Source of the DNA: Elusimicrobiota bacterium
Lineage (GTDB): Bacteria > Elusimicrobiota > Elusimicrobia > Elusimicrobiales > Elusimicrobiaceae
Assembly (NCBI GenBank): GCA_012523635.1
Contig: JAAYTX010000067.1
Location: forward strand, 1 to 54,519
Length of the DNA stretch: 54,519 nt
Reading direction: 5' to 3'
The position numbers were made by a program, and so were the translations under genes. Below, one piece after another: positions 1 through 9,425 of this stretch. Each line of letters opens with the position of its first letter. Position 1 is the stretch's first letter. The notes under the pieces are model-generated. The model did no database searches. It was given only the letters and a program-made list of their open reading frames with translations, and was not told where the DNA came from.

Positions 1-680
1 AAAAGCCGGAAGACCGGCGCAGGAGCCTTTTCTTCAAGAATTCGCCAGAGTTCCTGCCGCAGGCGCGCGCGCGACAGAAGCGCGGGCAGCTTTTTTAAAA
101 CAGCCCGGCGCATCTGCGCAAGCGCGGCAGGCTGAATCTTCCACCCGAACCGCCCGGCAAAACGGCAGGCCCGGTACATTCTGGTCGGGTCATCGACAAA
201 GCTTTTGGCATGCAGGACCTTCAACTCCCCGCGTTCGATATCCGCGATTCCGTGAAAAGGGTCCTTCAAATTCCACAGGTCATCTGGCATTATCGAGGCG
301 GCTATGGCGTTGACTGTAAAATCCCTGCGCCGTAAATCCCGCTGAATGGAAGCAGGACTCACGACCGGCAATGCGGCCGGCTTTGCGTAGACCTCTGCCC
401 TGGCATTGGACAGGTCCAGACGAGACCCGTCCGGGAAAAAACAGCGCATGGTGCCGAAAGAGCCGAAGGCTTCGAACCTGGCTCCATACTTGCGCCGGCA
501 GTACTGCGCCAGAGCTTCGCAACGGGCGGAGGCCACGATATCCATGTCCTTCGCGGAGCGGCCCATAAGCCAGTCCCGCACGCAGCCGCCCACAACCCAA
601 GCCTTCAGGCCGCGGAGTTTGGCCTGTCCGCCCAGCTCTGCGGCCAGTGCGGCGTTGGCGCCCGCGGGTTCAAGCTTCAT
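1..680 (-). CDS. tRNA nucleotidyltransferase / poly(A) polymerase family protein (CCA-adding-enzyme-like), N-terminal part; gene runs off the window start
   Basis: Absent from the ORF track because no stop lies inside the window. My translation of the minus strand from ATG 678-680 gives MKLEPAGANAALAAELGGQAKLRGLKAWVVGGCVRDWLMGRSAKDMDIVAS...RRRDFTVNAIA. GG-x-VRD, D-x-D and RRDFT-x-NA are head-domain motifs of this nucleotidyltransferase family. The start shares 1 nt with the TAA of the upstream gene (TAATG). Confidence 0.8.
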   Translation of the reverse strand, partial: MKLEPAGANAALAAELGGQAKLRGLKAWVVGGCVRDWLMGRSAKDMDIVASARCEALAQYCRRKYGARFEAFGSFGTMRCFFPDGSRLDLSNARAEVYAKPAALPVVSPASIQRDLRRRDFTVNAIAASIMPDDLWNLKDPFHGIADIERGELKVLHAKSFVDDPTRMYRACRFAGRFGWKIQPAALAQMRRAVLKKLPALLSRARLRQELWRILEEKAPAPVFRL

Positions 681-1321
681 TATCTGACAGGGAACTTAGC
701 GGCGTCGGAATTGACGTCCGCAAGCAGTTTTTTCAGCTTCGGCGACTCAAGGCCTGAAGCGAGGATTTCCAGCGCGGCGTTTACAAAAGATTCCGGAGCA
801 GGCTTGGCCCCGGCATACGGTATGCGACAGGGATAGCCGGCCGCGCGGGCCTTCGCCGGTGAAAATGGCGCGATTTTAAAGCCCAGGGACAGGGCGGCCG
901 CCTCTATCGACGCGTTTTCATCTTCGGCGTCCAGCATGTCTTCAAGCAACTGCTGCAGATGCTCAGCGCCGAAGAAAATCAGCGGCTCATAGTCTATTTT
1001 CATTTCACGGGACAACCCGTCCCTTATGGCGGCGTAGTCGGCTTTCATTTTTTCCCGCCACTTGCCGGCCTCGGCCTCGTACGAATGGGGCATTACGAAC
1101 ACCAGCAGCTCGGCCTCTGGGTCGAAATAAACAACCGGAGCCTCGTGGTAGAAGAAGTTCCCGCAGGCCTCGCATTCAAGCAGGTTCAGTTCGCCGTAAC
1201 GCACGGCGTCGCGCAAGTCAGGATCGGAATCGGCGCGGATAAAAGACCATACTTCCGCCTCAAACGGCGCGGCGCTGCAATGCGGGCACTTGGCTTCCAC
1301 CACTCCCTGTATGGATTTCAT
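680..1321 (-). CDS. CpXC domain-containing protein
   Basis: 213-aa ORF with two Cys pairs, CPHC (res 12-15) and CEAC (res 50-53), spaced as in the CpXC zinc-ribbon-like domain. It overlaps both neighbouring genes. Confidence 0.6.
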   Translation of the reverse strand: MKSIQGVVEAKCPHCSAAPFEAEVWSFIRADSDPDLRDAVRYGELNLLECEACGNFFYHEAPVVYFDPEAELLVFVMPHSYEAEAGKWREKMKADYAAIRDGLSREMKIDYEPLIFFGAEHLQQLLEDMLDAEDENASIEAAALSLGFKIAPFSPAKARAAGYPCRIPYAGAKPAPESFVNAALEILASGLESPKLKKLLADVNSDAAKFPVR

Positions 1322-1989
1322 GGCATCCCCCTAAGCCCAAGCGCCGCCGCTATTGAACGGGCCTGTTCTATATATTCCGTATATTCGGCAGGCCTGCGCA
1401 GACCGCCCGGCTTATAGGCCGCAAGCCACTGACCGGCAGCTTCAAGACGCCAGCCGGGCAGGCCCTGCAAGAGGGTCCGGGCGTCCAGCGAAAACTGGGC
1501 ACGCACAATCTCCTCATTTGGGCCCCTCAGCAGATACATCTTTGAAAATTGAGATGATTCCGGGAAATTTATATCCGCATAGCCGAACAGTTTCAGAAAT
1601 TTATGCACCAGATTTTCCGGGCAAAGCTCGAATTGCGGCAGAAAAACCTGCGCATTGAACGCAACCATTGTCTGCTGATGCTGGGTGCGGCTTTTCCCCG
1701 AACCGGTCACATACAGGTAATCAAACACCAGGGTCTGCCCGGCACTGGAACTGCGGTACAGCAGATTAGAGCTTTTGCGTGAAGAGCCGTGCAGAAAAAC
1801 CGGCAGCACCGACAGCAGCTGTTGAGGCACGGCAGCGGCATCAGGGTCGAAACAAAAGCCGCCGGTCAGCGCGAAATTTTGCAATGCCTCAAGGCGTTTG
1901 CGCCGCGCCGCGCTGGCGGCGAAATATACCAGTGCAAAAAACAACGCCACCAGCGCCAGTACGCATGCCGGACTCTGGCAAAAGGCCAT
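1318..1989 (-). CDS. hypothetical N-terminally membrane-anchored protein
   Basis: 223-aa ORF with one hydrophobic N-terminal helix (CVLALVALFFALVYFAASA). It has a 4-nt overlap with the downstream gene and lies 5 nt after the upstream gene. I recognise no motif. Confidence 0.5.
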   Translation of the reverse strand: MAFCQSPACVLALVALFFALVYFAASAARRKRLEALQNFALTGGFCFDPDAAAVPQQLLSVLPVFLHGSSRKSSNLLYRSSSAGQTLVFDYLYVTGSGKSRTQHQQTMVAFNAQVFLPQFELCPENLVHKFLKLFGYADINFPESSQFSKMYLLRGPNEEIVRAQFSLDARTLLQGLPGWRLEAAGQWLAAYKPGGLRRPAEYTEYIEQARSIAAALGLRGMP

Positions 1990-1993
1990 CAGC

Positions 1994-2449
<456 letters not shown>

Positions 2450-2476
2450 AATCGTGTCCCTCCCTGAGTTTTCGGC

Positions 2477-3043
2477 TTAGATGCCGGCTTCTTTCGCGAG
2501 AATTTCCATCACTCTATTCATCTTTTCCATGAAATCCGTGTGCTCGTCCAGCAGGTACAGGTGCGGATGGTTTTCCCATACCTTTAAAACCCTGCGGTCC
2601 AGGTCCAGCGCCTGCCTGTGCGATTCTATGCGCGTCGAAGAACCCTGATAGAACGAGAGCGTCTTGGGAGTGTGCATGAAGACCACCGCGTCGTAGCGTT
2701 CAAACTCCCGCTCGGGGCTGCTGCCTACCGATTCCAGCAGCGTCCCCTCTCCGGAAGGCCAGTAAGCCTCGCCGTCCACGGTTCCGCGGTCGCAAAGTAT
2801 CACCGGGGCCTCAGAGGTTTTCTCCATCAGGTCTTCAAGCTCGCGAACCACGTAGTAGATGGCGCGCTGGGTGTATCTCACCGTTTCCGGCTTGCGCGGA
2901 AATCCGCCCGTGTATATTATCGAAGCCGCCTCCGGCACCACGGCCACCTTCTTGCCGAAATGCCTTTGCAGCACCTCTATGGTGGAGGTTTTTCCCCCGG
3001 ACGGCCCGCCGGTGAAAACTATGCGCTTTTTTTTGCGTGTCAT
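2477..3043 (-). CDS. P-loop ATPase (AAA_28/NadR-like small ATPase)
   Basis: Walker A GGPSGGKTS at res 12-20 and Walker B-like VILCDRG. Size of 188 aa fits the family. Confidence 0.65.
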   Translation of the reverse strand: MTRKKKRIVFTGGPSGGKTSTIEVLQRHFGKKVAVVPEAASIIYTGGFPRKPETVRYTQRAIYYVVRELEDLMEKTSEAPVILCDRGTVDGEAYWPSGEGTLLESVGSSPEREFERYDAVVFMHTPKTLSFYQGSSTRIESHRQALDLDRRVLKVWENHPHLYLLDEHTDFMEKMNRVMEILAKEAGI

Positions 3044-3090
3044 CGTCCCGCCTTTATATTTTTATAGCAATTTTTCCGCAATGGAGGCGC

Positions 3091-4317
3091 TTACAATCCG
3101 GCAATCGCCTTTTCCATCTCGGCCGACAGCTTTGCCGCCTGCTCAAGATAAGCCTTTTTCTCTTTGGCGGGAACCGACTTGCTAACGGAGCGCGCCTTCG
3201 TCTTAAGGAAATTAAGCGGCGTGCCGTTATGCAGGAACCGGAAATCCAGATGCGGCCCTGTCGAAAGGCCTGTAGTGCCCACATGGCCGACCAGCTGGCC
3301 CTGCTGCACCCTTTTGCCGCGGGCTACGCCCTTGGCTATGTTATGCAGGTGCCCGTATCCAGAAGTGTAGCCCTGCGGGTGCGCTATCTCGACATAATTG
3401 CCAAGGCCGCCGCGCCAGCCGGCGAATTTAACAGTGCCTTCCCCTATCGAAGACACCGGCGTGCCGGTGGGGGCCGCGTAGTCTATGGCGTGGTGCGGGC
3501 GGAAAATACGCAGTATCGGATGGTAGCGGCTGTTGGTGAAATAAGAGGAAATGCGCCTGTACTGCAAAGGCGCGCGCAGGAACATGCGTTTAAGGCATTC
3601 GCCCTTCTCGTCGTAATATTCTCCGCCGCTAAGGAAAGCGGCCTTTTTGCCCGAAGCGCGCCCGTTGTAATAAACGGCCTTTATTTCGCGCCCGATGACG
3701 CGGTCGGCTGTCGATTTTTTCTCCCAGACAAGCGCGTACACGTCGCCGTCGTTGGTCTCCGTCAGGAAATCCACGTTCCAGGCGAAGGCGTCCGCGAACT
3801 CCATAACCAGCGCGGGAGACAGGCGGCGCGCCACCATGGAATTCCATAAAGAATCCTTTATCACCCCGGCCGTAACTTCCCTCTCCGTGCGGACCTCCAT
3901 GTTCATCTTGCCGCGGACCAGCCTGCCGGAATTCACCCTGGCCACGTAATAAATCGTGCGCCCGCCCTGATGTATTTGGAAACCGCGGAAAGCCCCGGAA
4001 GTAGACAGGGCAACCATATAGGTGTCGTCAGGCAGTATCGAGCGCGGCTTCACGTCTTTTTTAAGTTCCTGTATTACGGCGCTGAGCTCCGGCTCGCGCA
4101 CTCCGGCGCGCTTGAGCACTATATAAACCGGGTCGCTGCGGAAAAGCCCGGCATAGCGGGCCTCCACCTTCGTTTCCGGGTCGGGCACGGCGGCCTTGCG
4201 TTCCAGATAACCGTTCAGGAGAAACAAGGCGGCGCAGAAAAACGCCAAAAACGCCCACAGGAACAACCTTGCCAGCCAAGGCTGGGCTATATGCGACGGA
4301 ATGACAACTCTGTTCAT
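3091..4317 (-). CDS. M23 family metallopeptidase (MepM/LytM-like murein endopeptidase)
   Basis: N-terminal membrane anchor. C-terminal HAIDYAAPTGTPV...GNYVEIAHPQGYTSGYGHLH...GTTGLSTGPHLDFRF carries the HxxxD and HxH LytM motifs. Confidence 0.9.
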   Translation of the reverse strand: MNRVVIPSHIAQPWLARLFLWAFLAFFCAALFLLNGYLERKAAVPDPETKVEARYAGLFRSDPVYIVLKRAGVREPELSAVIQELKKDVKPRSILPDDTYMVALSTSGAFRGFQIHQGGRTIYYVARVNSGRLVRGKMNMEVRTEREVTAGVIKDSLWNSMVARRLSPALVMEFADAFAWNVDFLTETNDGDVYALVWEKKSTADRVIGREIKAVYYNGRASGKKAAFLSGGEYYDEKGECLKRMFLRAPLQYRRISSYFTNSRYHPILRIFRPHHAIDYAAPTGTPVSSIGEGTVKFAGWRGGLGNYVEIAHPQGYTSGYGHLHNIAKGVARGKRVQQGQLVGHVGTTGLSTGPHLDFRFLHNGTPLNFLKTKARSVSKSVPAKEKKAYLEQAAKLSAEMEKAIAGL

Positions 4318-4327
4318 GCCGATGCCC

Positions 4328-5251
4328 CTAGTTGCTGGCCCGCGTCTTGAGATAGGACGCCAAGGCTATAGAATTAAGCTTCACACGCGGAGCATCGGAG
4401 CGCGAAGGCAGTATGGCCGGCAGAGACGTGCCGGAAATTATGCCCGCAGCCTGCATTCCCTCCCCGAAGAAACAGAGAGCCTTGTAAAGCGGATTCCCGG
4501 CATAAAGGTCGGGTGCGATAAGCGCGTCCACCTCTCCGGGGACCTCGCCGCCCTTCACACCTTTTTCGTCGGCCAGCGCGCGCGAAAACGCTATGTACAG
4601 GTCATACGGCCCCTCGACGACCGCGTCTTTTATCCTGCCGTCGACGGCCATTTGGACCAGCGCGGCCGCGTCCATGGTGCAGGGCATCTTTTCGTTGATT
4701 TTTTCCACCGGGCACAGCACCGCCACCTTCGGCTTCGGCACGCCTAGCCTGCGCATGGTGTCGACGGTGTTCTGCACTATTTTGGCCTTCTGCTCAAGCG
4801 TCGGAGCTATGTTTATGGCGGCGTCGGCCAGCGCGAAAAACTTTTTATATTTCGGAGACTTGAACAGCACTATGTGGCTCAGCAGGGCGTTGGGCTTCAC
4901 AAACCCCATTTCCTTGTTGAGTATGGCCTTCATGTAATACTTCGTGTCCACCAGGCCTTTCACCAGAAAGTCGCCGCGGCCCTCCTTGATAAGCGAGACG
5001 GCGGTGTTGCATATCTCCACGACCTCGGTTTTATGGACTATCTCGAACTTCTTCATGTTCAGGCCGTGCGCCCGGGCCATGCTGTCTACAGTCTTGGAAT
5101 CCCCCACCAGCACGCCCTCGGATATAAGGCCGTTGTCGTCGGCCATGCGCACGGCTTCCAGGGCCTCGTCATTGTTCGCGCCGGGGAGCACCACCCGGCT
5201 GGACTTGCCCTTCACCAGGCCAAGCAATTCCTCAAAGCTGCCGAATTCCAT
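4328..5251 (-). CDS. ptb: phosphate butyryltransferase / phosphate acyltransferase (PTA_PTB family)
   Basis: The track ORF reaches 5338, but a family-like N-terminus begins at MEFGSFEELLGLVKGKSSRVVLPGANNDEALEA (ATG 5249-5251). The gene lies 13 nt downstream of butyrate kinase. Confidence 0.8.
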   Translation of the reverse strand: MEFGSFEELLGLVKGKSSRVVLPGANNDEALEAVRMADDNGLISEGVLVGDSKTVDSMARAHGLNMKKFEIVHKTEVVEICNTAVSLIKEGRGDFLVKGLVDTKYYMKAILNKEMGFVKPNALLSHIVLFKSPKYKKFFALADAAINIAPTLEQKAKIVQNTVDTMRRLGVPKPKVAVLCPVEKINEKMPCTMDAAALVQMAVDGRIKDAVVEGPYDLYIAFSRALADEKGVKGGEVPGEVDALIAPDLYAGNPLYKALCFFGEGMQAAGIISGTSLPAILPSRSDAPRVKLNSIALASYLKTRASN

Positions 5252-5264
5252 AAGACACACTCCT

Positions 5265-6383
5265 CTAGTTGTATTCCTTGGCTGAAGCCGGGTTCTCCAG
5301 CGCGCGCGCCGCGGCCTCGCACAGCGCCGCCTTCTCATCGCCTCCGGGGAACAGCAGCACCTGCGCTATCCAGCCCACCCTGTCGGTTATGAATTTGACC
5401 AGTCCTTTGTCGTACGCAAGGCCGCCGGTAAGCACCAGCGCGTCCACCTTGCCTTCAAGCACCGCCGCCATCGCGCCTATTTCCTTGGCAATCTGGTAAG
5501 CCATGGCGTTACGCAGTTCAAGGGCCTGCTCGCGGCTGATTTTTTCGTAATCCATGCCGCACGCCGGGTCCTTCGCGCCTGTTTCTATGTATTTTTCCAA
5601 AGCAAGCATGTCCGACGTGCCGGTATAGGCCACCATGCCGCCGCGGCCCTTTATCTTAAGCTTCATGTCGGCATGGGTATATTTGCCGCCGAAGCACAGC
5701 CTGGCCAGCCCGCCGGAAGGCACCCCGCCGCTGCGCTGGGGCGTGAACGGGCCCTCGCCGTCCAGCGCGTTGTTGACGTCCACCACGCGCCCGTTGCGGT
5801 GCGCGCCTACGGAAATCCCGCCGCCGCCGTGCATTACTATCAGGCGGCAGTCCTCGTAAGCCTTGCCCAGCTGCCTGGCGGCAAGCCTGGCCACGCGTTT
5901 ATGGTTGAGCGCATGGAAAATGGAAATTCTTGGATTGTCCGGCATGCCGGAATATCTGGCCATGGGCTCCAGCTCGTCCACAACCACCGGGTCGGCTATG
6001 AACGCCGGGGCCTTGTAAAGCTCCCCCAGCTCGTGGGCCAGTATGCCGCCGAGATTAGAGGAATGGTCTCCCATCACGCCGTAGCGCAGGTCTTCCAGCA
6101 GTTTGGGGCCCACGCGGTAAGTTCCGCTTTCTATCGGGCGCACCAGGCCGCCGCGCCCTATTATGGCCGAAATGCCGCCTGGCAATATGTTGTTTTCCTT
6201 CAGGAACCCCAGCAGCAGCTTCTTGCGGAATTCCAGCTGCGCGGTTATGGGCTTGGCTTCGAAAGGTTTCAGGTCCGGAGGGGAATACCGCATCACCTTG
6301 CTGAATTCCTGCTTGCCGTTCCTGAAGAAGCCGATATCGTCCGAGGTGGAACCCGGGTTGATTACCAATATTGTCTGGTCCAT
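5265..6383 (-). CDS. buk: butyrate kinase (acetate/butyrate kinase family)
   Basis: The track ORF is extended to 6572. The true start is most likely MDQTILVINPGSTSDDIGFF (ATG 6381-6383). The INPGSTS N-terminal phosphate motif and LVLTGGLAYD are typical of Buk. Confidence 0.85.
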   Translation of the reverse strand: MDQTILVINPGSTSDDIGFFRNGKQEFSKVMRYSPPDLKPFEAKPITAQLEFRKKLLLGFLKENNILPGGISAIIGRGGLVRPIESGTYRVGPKLLEDLRYGVMGDHSSNLGGILAHELGELYKAPAFIADPVVVDELEPMARYSGMPDNPRISIFHALNHKRVARLAARQLGKAYEDCRLIVMHGGGGISVGAHRNGRVVDVNNALDGEGPFTPQRSGGVPSGGLARLCFGGKYTHADMKLKIKGRGGMVAYTGTSDMLALEKYIETGAKDPACGMDYEKISREQALELRNAMAYQIAKEIGAMAAVLEGKVDALVLTGGLAYDKGLVKFITDRVGWIAQVLLFPGGDEKAALCEAAARALENPASAKEYN

Positions 6384-6574
6384 GGCGTGGCTCCCGCTTT
6401 TGCCGTCGGGGCGGGGCTCTGGGCCCGCGCCCGGCGCCCTGACCGGCCGGTCTGGATCGGCCGGAAATCTGGCGCGGAAAAGACCGCGGTTTCTGCGCTT
6501 TGCATTCTGATGATACAAAAAAATCCGCCCGTTGTTGTTTGACCTGGGAAATACATTTATCAATAATCTCATTT

Positions 6575-7729
6575 ATGCACGGAAAAAACGACGCGTGGCG
6601 CAACTACCGGCTGAAGGGCGCGCATGTATACCGCGGCAACCACGTTGAGCTTTTGCGCAACGGGGACGAAGTGTTTCCCGCCATGCTCTGGGCCATACAG
6701 AACGCCCGAGGCAGCATACTGCTGGAAGTCTACCGCATATTCAACGACTCGGTGGGCCAGCGCTTCGCCGACGCGCTGGCTGAAAAAGCGCGCCAGGGCG
6801 TATGCGTGCGCTTGCTCTACGACGCCGTGGGCTCCTGGGAAACTAACAAATTTTTCTTCGACCGGCTTCGCCAGGCCGGGGCACGGACGGCGGAATTCAA
6901 CTCCGTGCTGCCGTGGACGCCAAACCGCATGTGGGGCCGGCGCGACCACCGCAAGCTGCTGATTATAGACGGCTCCACCGCTTTCGCCGGCGGCCTTAAC
7001 ATCAGCGCGGAATACGGCCCCGCCTCCTGGGGCGGCGCGGCCTGGCGGGACACGGCCGTAAAAGTCAGCGGGCCGTGCCTGGAAGAGCTGATACGCCTGT
7101 TCTGGCAGAACTGGGACCGCAGCACCGTGCAGGCGGAACGGCGCTGCAGGGATGCGGAGCGTCCCGTTGCGGAGACCGGAGAGACCCCGGTTTCCATATC
7201 CGCCATTTCCGGCTTCCGCAGCAGGCGTTCGTTCGCGGCCAACTACCGTCACGCCATAGAACAAGCCCGCGAATACATAAACCTCACCAATGCCTATTTC
7301 GTACCCGGGCGCTCAGTCATACGCGGCCTTATCCGCGCGGCAAAACGCGGGGTGCTGGTAGCGGTGATAGTGCCGGGCCGGGCCGACATACCTTTCGTGC
7401 GCCTGGCGTCGTGGGCGCTGTACGCGCGCCTGCTGCGCGCCGGCGTAGAGATTTACGAATGGCAGCCGGGCATCCTGCACGCCAAAACCTGCGTGGTGGA
7501 CGGCCTGTGGTCTTCGGTGGGAAGCCACAATTTCGACAGCCGCAGCTTCTACCGCAACGAGGAGATAAACATCAACGTATACGGGCGCACCTTCGGTTCG
7601 CACATGAAAACCATGTTCGAACGGGACCTGGAGAACTGCCGTCCCGTGCACCTTGAGGAGTGGTCCCGCCGCAGCATCTGGTTCCGGCTGGCGGCAAGGC
7701 TGCTGTATCTTTTCAGGGGAGCTATGTAG
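6575..7729 (+). CDS. phospholipase D family protein, cardiolipin synthase ClsB-like
   Basis: Two HKD motifs are present: HRKLLIIDG and HAKTCVVDGLWSSVGSHNFD. There are no N-terminal TM helices, as in ClsB. Start chosen at MHGKNDAW (ATG 6575); the track start 6500 is possible. Confidence 0.85.
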   Translation: MHGKNDAWRNYRLKGAHVYRGNHVELLRNGDEVFPAMLWAIQNARGSILLEVYRIFNDSVGQRFADALAEKARQGVCVRLLYDAVGSWETNKFFFDRLRQAGARTAEFNSVLPWTPNRMWGRRDHRKLLIIDGSTAFAGGLNISAEYGPASWGGAAWRDTAVKVSGPCLEELIRLFWQNWDRSTVQAERRCRDAERPVAETGETPVSISAISGFRSRRSFAANYRHAIEQAREYINLTNAYFVPGRSVIRGLIRAAKRGVLVAVIVPGRADIPFVRLASWALYARLLRAGVEIYEWQPGILHAKTCVVDGLWSSVGSHNFDSRSFYRNEEININVYGRTFGSHMKTMFERDLENCRPVHLEEWSRRSIWFRLAARLLYLFRGAM

Positions 7730-7735
7730 CAGGGC

Positions 7736-9397
7736 TCAGCGGCGGCGCGGCAGCTGGTGTCTTTTAAGGCATTCCATGCAAGCGTAAACAGGCAGGCGCC
7801 CGCCTCCTCCGGCCGACACCTGCCTCAGCGGCCCGCCGCAGCCGGGGCAATAGCGCAACGGTGCGCAATCGCCGCACAAGACCCCGGGCGAATCATCGGC
7901 CTGGGATATATACCCGTAATCCCGTATCTGGCGGCCGCAGCGCGCGCAATTGACAGAACGTCCTGACGACGCCGCGCCAGGCGGCAGTATTTTCGAAGAA
8001 GGGTGGGCGAATCCGGGCTCCGCTTTAAAGCCGAGCCAGCGGCGCCAGGCCCTGCCCCTGGCAATCAGCGCGGCCGAGGACTTGCGGGCCGCAGGCGGCA
8101 ATATTTCGCTGAGCAGCAGGGCGCGTTCCAGCATGTCCGCGCCGGACCAAAAGCCTATTATCACGCCACCCAGCTCCGTCACCCACTCCATGCCCTTGGT
8201 CCCGGCCGGGACAGTTTTCAGCAGGTTCAGCAGGGACTCCATCATGGAATCCGCGGCCGCCTGCCTGAGGCCCAATTCGGCCTGCCGCTCGTAAGCCGCG
8301 CGAATCATGGCCACGGCATAAGGGGCAAGAGAGGTGAAGCCGCCGGAACGCAGCCAATGCTGCGGGTCGCGCGGCGCGGCCTGTACTCCGGACTTGAGAT
8401 ATTCAGCAAAACCTTCGAAAAACGACGCCACCGCGCGCGGCTGCAAGTCGGCCGGGTTTGTCAGCCTGGACAGGCCCGAAGGCGTCTTTCTGGCGCCGAA
8501 TATCAGCTTCAACAGCAGGTCCAGCTGTTTCAGGCGCGTACCGCTTCCGGGCGGCAACTGCTCGCCGGAAACTTTGACATAGGTGTAAGTTTCTTCCGGA
8601 CCGGGCTGGCGGCCCGCAGGCTTGCGCCCGGCCTTCTGCTCCAGCACCCTTATAAAATTCTTTATGTCGTATGTGGTGGTTAGTTCCCGCAGCCGCGCCT
8701 CATATACCGGCACTTTTTTGGACAGCTTCCGGTCGCGCCGCGCGAAATCTATCAGCCGGGTAAGAGTCACCGGGTCCAGCTGTTCGGATGCCGGTATCTT
8801 AAGAAACAGCTTTATGGCGTCTTTGCGCTTGCCGCTGTCGTAAATTATGTTTCCAAGATAGGACATGGCTTCGTAAAACTTGGGCGAGTTTTTCAGCGCC
8901 TCGCGCAGCACCCGGACGGCTTCCGCGTCGCGGCCCAGCCCCTTGTTGGCGATGCCAAGGCCCAGCAAGGCATAGGGCCTGCTCTTCTCCGCCGCCAGCG
9001 ACTTTTTCAGGAAATATGCGGCCTGGTCAAATACGCCGTGCTGCAGGAACAGTGTCCCCACATGCTCCATCAGCGCCGCGGAAGAAGCGTGGCGGGCGGC
9101 CAGCCTGTGCGCCTGGTCCACCGCTTCCTGCTTGCGGCCCAGGTGCAGGGCGGCCTCGCAGTAGGCCATCTGCGCGTCGCCGTTTTCCGGGTTTACGGCC
9201 AGGATTTCCGACAGCAGTTCGCGGGCCACCGCATAACTGCCAAGCCGCAGTTGCGCCATGGCGATGCCCAGGCGCAGCTTGGCGTCCCTGGGATACAGGC
9301 CCAGTCCGGCGCGTAGTATTTCAAGGGCCTTGTAATAGTCCCCTTTGAACCAGAACTTGCGCCCCAGGCGCTCGAAATATTCGGCGGTCTTGTTCAT
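7736..9397 (-). CDS. TPR-repeat protein with C-terminal double zinc-ribbon
   Basis: The N-terminal ~200 aa are TPR-like repeats (YYKALEIL..., AMAQLRLGSYAVARELL...). The last ~75 aa contain four CxxC pairs (CARC, CGDC, CPGC, CMEC). Confidence 0.75.
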   Translation of the reverse strand: MNKTAEYFERLGRKFWFKGDYYKALEILRAGLGLYPRDAKLRLGIAMAQLRLGSYAVARELLSEILAVNPENGDAQMAYCEAALHLGRKQEAVDQAHRLAARHASSAALMEHVGTLFLQHGVFDQAAYFLKKSLAAEKSRPYALLGLGIANKGLGRDAEAVRVLREALKNSPKFYEAMSYLGNIIYDSGKRKDAIKLFLKIPASEQLDPVTLTRLIDFARRDRKLSKKVPVYEARLRELTTTYDIKNFIRVLEQKAGRKPAGRQPGPEETYTYVKVSGEQLPPGSGTRLKQLDLLLKLIFGARKTPSGLSRLTNPADLQPRAVASFFEGFAEYLKSGVQAAPRDPQHWLRSGGFTSLAPYAVAMIRAAYERQAELGLRQAAADSMMESLLNLLKTVPAGTKGMEWVTELGGVIIGFWSGADMLERALLLSEILPPAARKSSAALIARGRAWRRWLGFKAEPGFAHPSSKILPPGAASSGRSVNCARCGRQIRDYGYISQADDSPGVLCGDCAPLRYCPGCGGPLRQVSAGGGGRLPVYACMECLKRHQLPRRR

Positions 9398-9425
9398 CTT
9401 CCGGCGGTCATTCTAGCAAATCAAA

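Noticed and set aside
280-687. Four short track ORFs (280-600, 359-595, 371-568, 406-687) at the window start.
   Set aside because: All lie inside a minus-strand reading frame that translates into a clear CCA-adding/poly(A) polymerase head domain. That frame was missed by the track only because it has no stop in the window.
5252-6572. N-terminal extensions of track ORFs: ptb to 5338, buk to 6572, flavin reductase to 22002, GT2 to 34442, rSAM to 35800, TolC to 17021, yeiH to 48697, and the GT-C-like protein to 44932.
   Set aside because: The extensions are Arg/Pro-rich and overlap upstream genes or promoters. Internal ATG/GTG codons give family-typical N-termini and classic 1-4-nt stop/start overlaps.
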